From a virus (lineage: Duplodnaviria > Caudoviricetes), in the IMG/VR virus record IMGVR_UViG_3300020045_005281, positions 1 through 37,671 of that record: 37,671 nt of DNA; one strand, written 5' to 3'. The stretch's first letter is position 1; each line of letters begins with the position of its first letter. Position numbers and translations under genes: made by a program. Under the pieces are notes generated by a model that saw only the letters and a list, made by a program, of their open reading frames with translations, was not told the DNA's origin and did no database searches. Below are positions 15,938 to 25,730 of this stretch, one piece after another.

Positions 15938-16786
15938 CTATCGATTATGTGCCCATGGCCTATTCGCCAGGTACTCATCGATCGGCATGTCATCTAATTT
16001 CTTAGAAGCAGGCGTCGCAGCACCAATTGGCGTCAAGGGCGCAGGGGCGCGCGTGACTGTTTTAGCCGCTTGCGCGGCCGGTGTTGGAGCTTGCAAAAGA
16101 GATGCCTCAAGTCTGCCGAGTGCAACGGCTTGGAGTGTTTGCGGAAGTCGTGAGATGCGCGTGGCTTCGGCTTTGTTTTGGCCCAATTTATAGGCCAAAG
16201 CGGGGCCGATTTCGGATCTTGAGAGCACTTCGACCATTACCGGAGTAATGGGCAAATCTTGCGCGAATACCACATCCCGAAAATCGGGGTGTGCTTTCTC
16301 GAAAGTAGCACAACCGGTTTCCCAGTTGGCCTTAAGTGTCTCGGCTTCCGTCGCCTGTCGCGTCGCTCCCAATTCTCGCTGCACTCCTGCAGATACACCG
16401 CGCGCGATTTCCTCGGATGTCCACTTCGCATGAGCTTGCGCCCATTGGTCTGTGTCATATTCGTATTCCGCGAGCGTCGGCGGACCTTTTGGCGGTGCAG
16501 GTTCTGCCGGTTTAGGCGCCGCTGGTGTTAAACCAGCTAAAGCCTTTTCACGGTAGAAATTGCGCTCCGCTACAAGTTCCGCGATCCTTTCCTCGGCCCG
16601 ATTTCTCGGGGCAGGAACATTGGCAGTCGGCGGTACTGCTGAATCGCCAGTCGCGGCAGGAGTTTCGACAGCAGGCGTTGCGAGCGCTGCTGTATCGGTT
16701 GAGTTTGCGCCATCAACAGGCGGAACGGCGTCTGGTGCCGGTGTCCCTGATGCGTCCGCAGCATCAGCAAGCGAGTTTTCTGACAT
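15938..16786 (-). CDS. Scaffolding protein
   Basis: Low-complexity N-terminus, EERIAELV, HPDF, GPALAYKLG, APAPLTP; directly upstream of coat. Confidence 0.85.
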   Translation of the reverse strand: MSENSLADAADASGTPAPDAVPPVDGANSTDTAALATPAVETPAATGDSAVPPTANVPAPRNRAEERIAELVAERNFYREKALAGLTPAAPKPAEPAPPKGPPTLAEYEYDTDQWAQAHAKWTSEEIARGVSAGVQRELGATRQATEAETLKANWETGCATFEKAHPDFRDVVFAQDLPITPVMVEVLSRSEIGPALAYKLGQNKAEATRISRLPQTLQAVALGRLEASLLQAPTPAAQAAKTVTRAPAPLTPIGAATPASKKLDDMPIDEYLANRPWAHNR

Positions 16787-16792
16787 GGCGCG

Positions 16793-16821
16793 ATAGTGCG
16801 ACGAAGTATTTTTATTGTCAA
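16793..16821 (-). promoter_or_regulatory. Sigma70-type promoter for scaffold/coat (likely leaderless mRNA)
   Basis: TTGACA-N17-CACTAT, 6 nt before the ATG; no SD. Confidence 0.65.
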
Positions 16822-17619
16822 CTAGGGATAGCGACGCATTAGCATATAAATCGCGCGATATGGCTGCATGATGTCTACCGTTCCAAGATGAGCATGGGCG
16901 GAATCATCGACAGCCGCTTCGCCATTGGGATGAGTATGCGTGCCACCATCACCGGTTGCGCCAGTGTTTGCCGTTGCGCCTATAGGGAAATCGTTGCCGC
17001 CATCCGCCGTCGCAGCGCCAACTTGCACATTGTAAAATCCAGTGCCAACGCCAGGACCGTGCACATGGGATGGCATTTCGCCTGTTGTCAGGGCATGCGC
17101 GCCACTCGTTACGCTTGAATGAATGTGTTCGCCATCTGTATCCGTCGTGAAATTCGCTGTGACGGCGCCCCCCTCATCGCCGATCGCAAATCCGCCACCA
17201 GTGCCAATTGCAACTCGGCCGGCCATGTCAGGGCTAGAATTTGTGCCATCGCATATCTGCCACAACCCCGGAGGATAGTAAGTGTCCAGATCAATCGCTG
17301 CGCCGTACCATTGAATAATAGTGCCAGGCGCATAGTCTCTGCTCGGCAAATAAGGATCGATGTCCCATTGGAGAACATCGTTCACATCATACAAAAGAAT
17401 GCGATACGTCGTCGCCGAATCAAGGTAAATCGGTACAAATTGGCCGTTGATGTCAGCCGTTACTACTGAGCCCAGCGACGTATTAAGGCCAGCGTCAGCG
17501 TAGACGTCCGCTGGCGTTGTCGATTGCGTAACATAGAATTGCAAATAGGCGCCATCCATTGATTGAATGGAAGGCGTGAAAAACCGCGCTTGCGGTGCGA
17601 AAAAAAGTGACGCGCTCAT
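16822..17619 (-). CDS. Short tail fibre: head-binding-like domain, tail collar domain, HxH-rich tip
   Basis: PGTIIQWYG...GLWQICDGTN.SPDM.GR collar motif; HIH, HVH, HTH, HAH; ends QPYRAIYMLMR. Confidence 0.8.
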   Translation of the reverse strand: MSASLFFAPQARFFTPSIQSMDGAYLQFYVTQSTTPADVYADAGLNTSLGSVVTADINGQFVPIYLDSATTYRILLYDVNDVLQWDIDPYLPSRDYAPGTIIQWYGAAIDLDTYYPPGLWQICDGTNSSPDMAGRVAIGTGGGFAIGDEGGAVTANFTTDTDGEHIHSSVTSGAHALTTGEMPSHVHGPGVGTGFYNVQVGAATADGGNDFPIGATANTGATGDGGTHTHPNGEAAVDDSAHAHLGTVDIMQPYRAIYMLMRRYP

Positions 17620-18182
17620 TATTCTGGCTCCATAAACATTATCGGATCGACGTCATAAATTAAACGCCCGTACTGATCCTGCAAGATGACCCGATAGGGA
17701 AAATTATTATGTAATAGAATTTCAGGAAATTCCCCGTTTTCATCGGCTTCTATTGGATTATCGCCGCTCAATGTCTCAAGCATTGTCGTATTGGATCGAT
17801 AAAAAGTCAGCGTCGAAAACGGCAACAAGCGGCCATCATTTGACAATGGCGTGATAATTCCAGGTTGTGGCCAATAAACAAACGGATCCAAATCATACAA
17901 TTCGTTTCCGTCCTCATCCTCTATATAAATTCGGTAGTCACCATCTAGGAAAATGGCCGGCAATCGCGCCGCTTCATCTGATGTTAGAGGATTTTCTAGA
18001 GGTACAGAATATGAAATCGTCGGCAAATCCACCAAGTTAAGCGGCGCTAAAACATCCGCTTGCGCATAGGCGGATTTTGCGATTGTGGTTCCAACTTCAT
18101 AAAAGAAGACTTTTGCGCGCGGTACTAATTCGCTTAAATCGGCGTTGTACGTGCGCGGCTGATCCTGGTATGGCAGTTCCAT
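17619..18182 (-). CDS. Tail protein of two tandem head-binding-like domains
   Basis: Two copies of FY..TT...NP...D..G/A..P.I.L...YR....D..G...YD.DP. Confidence 0.65.
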   Translation of the reverse strand: MELPYQDQPRTYNADLSELVPRAKVFFYEVGTTIAKSAYAQADVLAPLNLVDLPTISYSVPLENPLTSDEAARLPAIFLDGDYRIYIEDEDGNELYDLDPFVYWPQPGIITPLSNDGRLLPFSTLTFYRSNTTMLETLSGDNPIEADENGEFPEILLHNNFPYRVILQDQYGRLIYDVDPIMFMEPE

Positions 18183-20203
18183 TACCGCCCCTTTTTATTC
18201 GGTAGGCCCGTTACCTCGAACACCGGGCGGCCAGAATCGCTAACCCAATTTCCCTCCGCATCAAGCGATGATGGATTTTTTTTGACTTTGTAGCCACCAA
18301 GCGCTAGGCGATCGTATGTCTTCGCAGCACTAGACGACACTTTAGTATCGCTTCCATAAGTAAGCGCGCGCCGCTGCGCCTCATCGATTAATTCTTTGAT
18401 GCGCGCATAATTTTCGCCTTTGCCTTGCGCACCTTTGGCGGTTTGCGTATCGATGACTTGCAACATGCCGCCGCGCTTGCGGGCGATCGTGTGTCCGTTA
18501 TCGGTACGTGCGACGATTTCGCCATCTGGAGTCGCCTCAATCTTGACGGCTGATTGCGCTGCTTTTGGTTTGGTTTGCGCGGCGGGTTGCCGAAAATACT
18601 GCGGGACTGCCTTGCGCAAATCGGTGGCAGGTTTGCCAAGCGTGTTTTGATATCGATCAGACGTCAAAAACGCACGCCCAGCTGGACGCGCGATGACACC
18701 CGCTGCCGCCAATGGTTGACCGGTAATAGCAGCCGTCGTGACCGGTAACGCTACATCGAGCACGCCAATTGCCGACTTGTTTTTGATCTTGCTCACATCA
18801 CGCATCACGTCAGGAAATGCGCGGGTGGTATCCGCAATGAGTTTCATTCGGCCTTCAAGCGGCACGCCACGATCTGCCATCTTTCGCAGCATGACCGGCG
18901 AGACGTCATCGCCAATTAGCGAGCGTTTAGCGGTGGCAAGTTTGGCGAGTTCGCGACGTGCGCCGCGCAATTCAGGCACGAGCTGACCATGACCTTGAGC
19001 AACTGCATTGCGGTCAATCAAGTCTTCGAGCGCGTTGGCAATATCAAGCTGCGCGCTTCCTTTTGCGCGTAGTTCTGTTCTGTTCGGTGTTGTCTTTATT
19101 TCGGCGCTTGACATGTTGTTGTGACCACTGTCGCGCAGCATCTGAATTTCGCCCATCACCGCATCGGTATCCATGACCCCAGTTTCCTTGTATTGGCGCT
19201 TAAGGCGCACGACTTCCGGAAACTGCGTTAGCGTTTTACGCTTCGAGCCCGCATCAAGCGCAGCTTTATTGAATGCCGCATCAAACTGCATCGTGGGCAT
19301 TGTCTGCGTGATGGCCGTGTACTTTGCGTTGTGCGGTACTCGTGCCGCCTCAACTTCCTGCAGCGTGAGCTTAGGCCCAGGAGCCATACCTAAATCTTCG
19401 CGCATGTGGCTCGTGATGACCGGCGCATTTTTTTGCGCCATCGCCACCTTTGCCTTAGCAGACCCTGAGCCGCCCTCGATTAAACTGCCAATCGGTGCGC
19501 CTTTGATGTCGGATGGATTGATAGACAGGCCAGCGGCGCGCGCGACTTTGGCGGGGCTAGTAGCGCGATGATCATAGTTGGGTAGCTTTGGCTGCGGCCT
19601 AGCGCCAGCCCCGGCACCAACCGATAGCGCCGCAAGCGCTTGCACGCCAGGATCAAGACCAGCCTCCGCAGCGCCCTGAGCCGCTACACCACTAGCGGCA
19701 CCGGCCATGCCTTGACGAACCACGCCACCGGGTCCGCCCATCAATGCGCCAGGAACACCAGACGCGCCAGCATGTAAATAGCGCGATACTGGATCATCTG
19801 GCCGCGGTGCTTGCGTTGCGATGCCGCCATGGTTAGCTTGATTTGCGATCCATTCCGACGTTCCGACGATTTGCGATCGGTCGGACGGCTCAAATATCGC
19901 CGATGGTGTTCTGCCAGTCGCCAATCCTTGAATAGTGCCTGCGCCAGCCTTCGCCAAATCCCATATATTCATACCAGTGTCAACTGGCAAGCCGAGCACG
20001 CCAGCAATGCCAGCATTGACGCCAGTAGGCACCGCCATCGCGCGATCGGTCATCGTCGCAGGCGGAAGTTCAGGTTGTGGAATTTCAGCAGGCGGCGCGC
20101 TTTTGTAGGTCGCTTGAAAATGAGCAAGTGCATCCTGCGCGCTACCAGGTCCGGTAACGCGGTGCTTAGTCCCATCAGGCGCGGTGATGACATAGGACGG
20201 CAT
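18182..20203 (-). CDS. Large DNA ejection protein (gp16 position) with C-terminal GNAT-like domain
   Basis: Start re-assigned to MPSYVITAPDG; Ala/Gly-rich hydrophobic region; position after the two other ejection genes. Confidence 0.7.
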   Translation of the reverse strand: MPSYVITAPDGTKHRVTGPGSAQDALAHFQATYKSAPPAEIPQPELPPATMTDRAMAVPTGVNAGIAGVLGLPVDTGMNIWDLAKAGAGTIQGLATGRTPSAIFEPSDRSQIVGTSEWIANQANHGGIATQAPRPDDPVSRYLHAGASGVPGALMGGPGGVVRQGMAGAASGVAAQGAAEAGLDPGVQALAALSVGAGAGARPQPKLPNYDHRATSPAKVARAAGLSINPSDIKGAPIGSLIEGGSGSAKAKVAMAQKNAPVITSHMREDLGMAPGPKLTLQEVEAARVPHNAKYTAITQTMPTMQFDAAFNKAALDAGSKRKTLTQFPEVVRLKRQYKETGVMDTDAVMGEIQMLRDSGHNNMSSAEIKTTPNRTELRAKGSAQLDIANALEDLIDRNAVAQGHGQLVPELRGARRELAKLATAKRSLIGDDVSPVMLRKMADRGVPLEGRMKLIADTTRAFPDVMRDVSKIKNKSAIGVLDVALPVTTAAITGQPLAAAGVIARPAGRAFLTSDRYQNTLGKPATDLRKAVPQYFRQPAAQTKPKAAQSAVKIEATPDGEIVARTDNGHTIARKRGGMLQVIDTQTAKGAQGKGENYARIKELIDEAQRRALTYGSDTKVSSSAAKTYDRLALGGYKVKKNPSSLDAEGNWVSDSGRPVFEVTGLPNKKGR

Positions 20204-20204
20204 A

Positions 20205-21581
20205 CTAGTTCGCCGGCTCGATCGTCCAGCCGCCACCACCGCCAGCGGGCGGCGCAGCATTTGGCACTGCATTCAAACCAGTCTCGCCGGTCATATTCGT
20301 GCCAGCCTGCTTGATGCGTTCGCTGATCGAATTGCGGCGGAATTCCATCTCCGTGAACATGCGATTGATGATGCGCTTGGCTTGCTTGGCTGACATATTT
20401 CCGGCCGCCATCTCTTGCACTTCATGCCGCGCGGAATCGGACAGCACGCCGACAAGGTTTGGATTCGTGATGATGCGCGCCACTTCCGTCTGGAATGGCG
20501 TCAGCACCGATTGCAACTCAGCCGCATCGACATCGCCGCCACCGCGCTTGATACGCCGCGTCACGCCTTCGATCCAAGGCACGCCGGTATCGTCCACTTG
20601 ATCTAGCAATTCGAGCACGCGATTGCCGTTGAACTTTGCCAGTTCCTCAAAGTTTGAGATGGCATTGACTTGCTTGGTCATATCGGCAATGGATTTCTTC
20701 TCGCCGGCCGCACCCGCGCGCAGCCGAATCAAATCATTCGGCGACATACCTGATTCTTTCAATTTTGCCGCGATCGCTTTATTAATCTGCGTGCGCTTTG
20801 CCGTGTCATTTTTGTAGCGCGCATAATTTAGCATCTGTTTCGGATCGACCATGACATCGGCGACAGCTAGTTCTAATGTATCTTGGTCGAGCTCATCTGC
20901 CGCGCCAGTTCCAGTATTGCCATTCGCGCCGCGCGCTTTTAATTCGCGTTCGCGCAAGTCTAGCGATTGCTGATCCAGTTTTAAGCGCGTTCCCTGGTTT
21001 CGCAGTTCTTGCTGCGGATTAATGCCGAATGTCGGCGCCAAATCGACTGAGAATTCGTCGTAAAGATCCTTCGCCGTCGCGCGCCAGTCGTCATCGGTCA
21101 TCGCGCTAACGTCTTTTCCAGACTTTTCGAGTTCAGCAACCAAATCAGGATATTGCGTCTTGATATAGCGCCCCGGTGCCTGCGACTCCATGGCCAATTG
21201 CGCCCCGCGAGTGACGCGCAAAGCAACATCCTGCCGCTCTTTAGTTGCCCGCTCGCGGTCTGCATCAGCCTGTGCACGCATCGCCCCTTGCGCCTGCAAC
21301 GCCTGCATGGTCGCCTGCGGGTTCATCTGCATCAATGCGTTTTGCTGTTCTTGCCGTGCGGCCTGCGCTTCCGGTGTCAAGAGCGTGTTAACGGTATCTT
21401 GACCAAGAAATTGGCCTAGCGCTTGTTTATAAAGCAGATCACTTTGGCGTGCATTGGCCTCAACTCGCGCCTGATCCTGCTGCATTCTGAGCAATGAATT
21501 CTGGCGAGCGTCCTGCATTCCAGCGGCAAAAGAGCCGGCGAAATCTGAGGTGCGATTCAGTATATCGTAATCAACTGCCAT
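20205..21581 (-). CDS. DNA ejection protein (gp20 position)
   Basis: Gln/Ala-rich helical protein following the gp7-like gene. Confidence 0.65.
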   Translation of the reverse strand: MAVDYDILNRTSDFAGSFAAGMQDARQNSLLRMQQDQARVEANARQSDLLYKQALGQFLGQDTVNTLLTPEAQAARQEQQNALMQMNPQATMQALQAQGAMRAQADADRERATKERQDVALRVTRGAQLAMESQAPGRYIKTQYPDLVAELEKSGKDVSAMTDDDWRATAKDLYDEFSVDLAPTFGINPQQELRNQGTRLKLDQQSLDLRERELKARGANGNTGTGAADELDQDTLELAVADVMVDPKQMLNYARYKNDTAKRTQINKAIAAKLKESGMSPNDLIRLRAGAAGEKKSIADMTKQVNAISNFEELAKFNGNRVLELLDQVDDTGVPWIEGVTRRIKRGGGDVDAAELQSVLTPFQTEVARIITNPNLVGVLSDSARHEVQEMAAGNMSAKQAKRIINRMFTEMEFRRNSISERIKQAGTNMTGETGLNAVPNAAPPAGGGGGWTIEPAN

Positions 21582-21596
21582 GGCTTTCTACCTTTG

Positions 21597-22247
21597 TTAG
21601 CGCCCCATTAAAGCCGATGCGCCGCCAGCCATTCCGCCACCGCCACCACCAAAACCACCGCCATAAATTGACCCAAAAATGCGCAAGCCATTTTGCGTGG
21701 CATTGTTATAGGCTGCTTGCTGACCTAGAACGCCACTAGCGCGCGCGTCACCTTGACGCACCAAACTATTCGACAAACCCTGGCTATATTGGCCACCCAA
21801 TGCGCCTAAGTTTTGCGCGCTTGCTTGACCTACGCCCGCGAGTCCAGACAATTGACTGACATAGCGGCCATAATTTTGCGTCGCCAATCCTTGTCCATAA
21901 TTCTGAGCGGCGGCGAGCGTATTACCTGAAAGCAGATTGCCACGCGCAGCGGCCGATCGCTCGGTCGCTTGCTGACCTTGCTGCAATGCAAATTGATAAT
22001 CGGGAGAATTCATAAAGCCAGAATAATCTGGCGTTCCAGCACCACCGCCTTCGCCGGTATTAAGGCCGTAGAGCCGTGATAGTTGATTCAGCGCCGCGCC
22101 GCCAGCTCGCAACCATGGCGCCTGGTCCTGCCGCTGCAAATCGAATTGTCGACGCATTTCCTCCTGCGCGGCTGCTTCGCTTTGTTGCTGTCCCTTGGAC
22201 GCATCACGCGCGGCACGCGCATTGAGTATTCCCGATACAACAGACAT
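21597..22247 (-). CDS. DNA transfer/ejection protein, P22 gp7-like
   Basis: QAPWL.AG..AL, SPDYQFALQQG, SAAARGNLLSGNTL, GQGLATQ motifs. Confidence 0.85.
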   Translation of the reverse strand: MSVVSGILNARAARDASKGQQQSEAAAQEEMRRQFDLQRQDQAPWLRAGGAALNQLSRLYGLNTGEGGGAGTPDYSGFMNSPDYQFALQQGQQATERSAAARGNLLSGNTLAAAQNYGQGLATQNYGRYVSQLSGLAGVGQASAQNLGALGGQYSQGLSNSLVRQGDARASGVLGQQAAYNNATQNGLRIFGSIYGGGFGGGGGGMAGGASALMGR

Positions 22248-22249
22248 GG

Positions 22250-22705
22250 CTATAGCCTCATCATGTAGGTGCGCTCGGCCGCTTGTAGACCGAATCGCAA
22301 ATAAGATTTTTCCACCAAAGGCAAATTGTCATTAACTAACGCGACCATGATTAAACGATCACAGCCTATCGATTTAGCGGCATCCCGCAGCGCCGTCAAT
22401 AATTGAACGCCGACGCCGCGCGCGCGATCGTCTGGCACAATCCACCAAAACCGTTCGACAGCCACTTCGATATTATTGTTTAGCGGCAGCACGCTATGCA
22501 CCGCGCCGATGCCGCCGATATGCAATCCATCCTGATCAGCGACAAAACACAAACCAGCCTCGACGCATTCAGTCAACATCGCCGCCGTCGATAACGGCTC
22601 AAAGGGAATGTCAGAGAATGGCGTCTCTTTCATGAACGCTTCCGCATTGACCACCATTTGCGGTACGTCACTTAGCGTCGCTGCGCGGATCAAAACATCG
22701 GTCAT
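22250..22705 (-). CDS. GNAT acetyltransferase (gp14-like position)
   Basis: IRAATLSDVP, ERFWWIVPDDRARGVGVQLL, AAKSIGC, YLRFG. Confidence 0.85.
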   Translation of the reverse strand: MTDVLIRAATLSDVPQMVVNAEAFMKETPFSDIPFEPLSTAAMLTECVEAGLCFVADQDGLHIGGIGAVHSVLPLNNNIEVAVERFWWIVPDDRARGVGVQLLTALRDAAKSIGCDRLIMVALVNDNLPLVEKSYLRFGLQAAERTYMMRL

Positions 22706-23694
22706 GCGGCTACCTTTAACTGTGATCGCAAAGCATCAAATGCATGCAAGGTAAATTGCGCCGGCTCAATGCTGGCGTCTACGCGCCTAGCTCGGCCCAT
22801 TGGCCATAAACCGGCACCCCGCGCCGCGAGTATGCGCGCGTTATGGAATTGGTCAAATGCAAATGGTTTGACGATGACCGGAACGCCTGCGACGATGGCC
22901 CCGCATAGCGTGCCAATACCGCCATGGATGATCGCGCACGTCGCGCTGCGCATCGCCGAGTCAACGTCGAAAGATAGATCGAACGGCACCCCTATATGCT
23001 GGCCACCATTCTTGGCCTTTCGCGAGAATTCGACCCCGCCATAGAGCACCGATAGCGCATTGGCATCGGCCCATGCAATCGCCTCATCGATCCAGTCGTG
23101 CGGATTAATTGAACCGGTAGAGACAATGCAATAGGGATACGTCACTGGCACCGGCCGAAACCCAAGCGCCGGCAGCCGCGGGTATCCAATGACCGGAAAC
23201 GGTTCGGCGCCTGCCAAAAAGTGCGGGTAAAGGCCGATTGTGTTTTCTGGAACCAACGTCATGTCCGAATGCGGCAAGCCGACTGCCTTGCGAATGGTGT
23301 TTAGTTTCGCCTCGACGGCCATTAAACGGGCATTGGAAACGGCCCCAAGTTCCCGAAAGTAGATTGGCGAAGTAGTTGTCGCAATCCATGGAATTCCACG
23401 AAGTTCGGCGACGATCTTTGCTGGCGATAGGTAGAAACTTGAGACAATCGCCTCGGCTTGCTCTGATGCCATGTAGAGCGAATCGAAAATCGCTTGCATG
23501 TCTAGCGATTCAAAGAATCCGCCGATACTGTAATCGTGATCCAGTGTATTACACAGTTTCCATGGTTCGCGAACGTACTTGCCAGCAGATGAAAGCCACC
23601 GCTCATCGCATGCAAACTGGCCGTCAGTATGCTTGGCCAATGCCAATAACGGCTGCACCTCACCCCAAGAACCAGCGGATGCGAAAAGCATCAT
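22702..23694 (-). CDS. GT-B fold glycosyltransferase, GT1-like
   Basis: GSWGEVQPLLALA at the N-terminus; IHGGIGT...AGVPVIVKPFAFDQFHNA nucleotide-sugar-binding motif. Confidence 0.88.
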   Translation of the reverse strand: MMLFASAGSWGEVQPLLALAKHTDGQFACDERWLSSAGKYVREPWKLCNTLDHDYSIGGFFESLDMQAIFDSLYMASEQAEAIVSSFYLSPAKIVAELRGIPWIATTTSPIYFRELGAVSNARLMAVEAKLNTIRKAVGLPHSDMTLVPENTIGLYPHFLAGAEPFPVIGYPRLPALGFRPVPVTYPYCIVSTGSINPHDWIDEAIAWADANALSVLYGGVEFSRKAKNGGQHIGVPFDLSFDVDSAMRSATCAIIHGGIGTLCGAIVAGVPVIVKPFAFDQFHNARILAARGAGLWPMGRARRVDASIEPAQFTLHAFDALRSQLKVAA

Positions 23695-25730
23695 GTGATC
23701 GGCCGCGTCGCCGCGCGCTCCATGGCCTTAACGCCACCAGGGCCGATCGCCAAATCGCGGCCTTTAAGCATATTGTCGAGACGTTGCCCGACGATTTCAT
23801 CGACCAGTTTCGTGAATTCGGCTTGGTTGATGCCAGCCTTGTCTAGAATTCCAACGGTTTCGACCTGCGTCTTTTGCGTAGATGCCGCATCTTTGGCAGT
23901 CTGCGCCTCAAGCCGCGCTACCATGGCATCTTGCACCGGATCTCGCGGGGGTGGCTGCGGCGGTCCCATTTCGGCGCGCTCTTTCTCATCAGGTTCGACA
24001 ACGCCTTTATCGATGAGCACTTTGCGCATGCGCTTGTAGAGTTCGTCGCCGCCCTCGACATCCAAATTCTTAGCGATCAAATCTGGTGCAATCTCGCCAA
24101 AGATCGGCATTGCGGTGATGGTTTCCATTAGCGTGCGCAGCGCATCTTGGCGCGCGGTCGCAAACGCCGGCCCCATGGTCACTGTGACGTCATAGCGGCC
24201 CTCGGCAAGCGAGTTCATTAAACCGGCGCCATCTTTTACTTGATTGATCTCGGCATAATCCTCCACCCCATCCTCACCCAAAATGCGAACCACTTGTGGC
24301 CCGACGTAGGTCGAAGGAATCATGTCTATGCAGCATTCAGCCGTCAATTGGATAGCCTTCTCTAAATTGTCGATAAATTCATACGTACCCGAATCGCCGA
24401 CGCGCGATTGCTGAATCAGCGCGCGGCCACTTTGATCGACGCCGCCTTCGCCGCCTTGCATGGCCGGGTTGTAATAACCAGTCGTCTGTTTTATATCCTC
24501 GGCATCCTGCGAGGCTAGGGCAATCAATGCCTGCGGGACATCGGGCGGCGGTTCGCGTGTCGGTCGTGCGTTTGGCGCATCGGGGTCAACGTCATACGTT
24601 AGATATGGCCGATTCGCCTTGTTGGCATTGTTCCATTGGTTCTCGTATCCCTTCACCATTTTCCCGGTGACAAGATAGGGCGCGCGCGGTGTAAGCGATA
24701 CCAGCTCAACCATGGTCGAACGATTGTAGTTGTACGATCGCTGCGCGTCCTTGGTGAAGCGAATCAAACTAGAGCAATACTGCTTGCCTTCGATATTGAC
24801 GTAGCGGCCAGGCAATTTGATGACCGGAATATACTTCCATTTATATTCAATTGGACCCTGGAGGATTTGACCGCCGTCAACCTTCCACCATTTAACCGTC
24901 CATTCCTCAGCGGTGCGCCTATCCTCGACAGTCACTACATTCCCCATGCCTAATGCCTTAGCGCGCTCCGCTTCAGCCTCAACGATTTTCAATTCCTCGT
25001 CATCATCTACAACGCGGCCATCGCTTAATAACGCTATTCTCTTGCGCTTGCACACTCGTTTGAAATACTCAGCGACTCGCACCTCATCTTTCGTGAACCA
25101 GCCGCGATTGTCGCGCGCCACGTCGAAATTCTGCGGAGTAAAACCGGGAAATTGTGCTTTGAACTGCGCGCGCGTCATTCGCTCGGCAATAATGCAAGTC
25201 ATCTGCCCGCGCTTAAATGGATCGGTACAGGTAGGATCGAAAATGACATTAAGAGGATTGGCGATCGGTGCTATCTCTAACTCTTGGTCAAAAGAATCTC
25301 CGTCTTTGTACTTACTGAGAACGCGCCACGCACCAAAACCGCCGGCAACGGCGTATTTGTATTGTTGATCGTAAATAGCGGCGGCGCCTGAACAACTTTC
25401 GATATTGCGTAGCATTCCGCCCAATATTTCCGCGGTCTTAAGGCTCGCCTGCTTGTTCGATGGTCGCACCTTGGCTGATGGCCGCGCTTGGCGCTGATCA
25501 CCAACCACTTGATTGATCGGCCCGACCACTCTGTTATAGCTATAGCATGGTCGCCCTTGACGATTCAGCAGCGCATTAGCGTCCCATTGCTGGCCAGGGA
25601 CGAAGGCGAAATTCATATCCTCGACCCATCGCGCCGTATTCTCTGACTCAGCGCCGCTACCTTGTTCGTAGCATTCCTTTACCTCGGAGATGAGCTCGGA
25701 TTCTATCGTCGAATTGGATTTGCGAGCCAT
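23691..25730 (-). CDS. Portal protein, P22-like
   Basis: 679 aa; GQQWD, GRP..SYNR, DAQRSYNY.RS, SGRAL, GRYDVTVTMGPAFATARQ. Confidence 0.93.
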   Translation of the reverse strand: MARKSNSTIESELISEVKECYEQGSGAESENTARWVEDMNFAFVPGQQWDANALLNRQGRPCYSYNRVVGPINQVVGDQRQARPSAKVRPSNKQASLKTAEILGGMLRNIESCSGAAAIYDQQYKYAVAGGFGAWRVLSKYKDGDSFDQELEIAPIANPLNVIFDPTCTDPFKRGQMTCIIAERMTRAQFKAQFPGFTPQNFDVARDNRGWFTKDEVRVAEYFKRVCKRKRIALLSDGRVVDDDEELKIVEAEAERAKALGMGNVVTVEDRRTAEEWTVKWWKVDGGQILQGPIEYKWKYIPVIKLPGRYVNIEGKQYCSSLIRFTKDAQRSYNYNRSTMVELVSLTPRAPYLVTGKMVKGYENQWNNANKANRPYLTYDVDPDAPNARPTREPPPDVPQALIALASQDAEDIKQTTGYYNPAMQGGEGGVDQSGRALIQQSRVGDSGTYEFIDNLEKAIQLTAECCIDMIPSTYVGPQVVRILGEDGVEDYAEINQVKDGAGLMNSLAEGRYDVTVTMGPAFATARQDALRTLMETITAMPIFGEIAPDLIAKNLDVEGGDELYKRMRKVLIDKGVVEPDEKERAEMGPPQPPPRDPVQDAMVARLEAQTAKDAASTQKTQVETVGILDKAGINQAEFTKLVDEIVGQRLDNMLKGRDLAIGPGGVKAMERAATRPIT

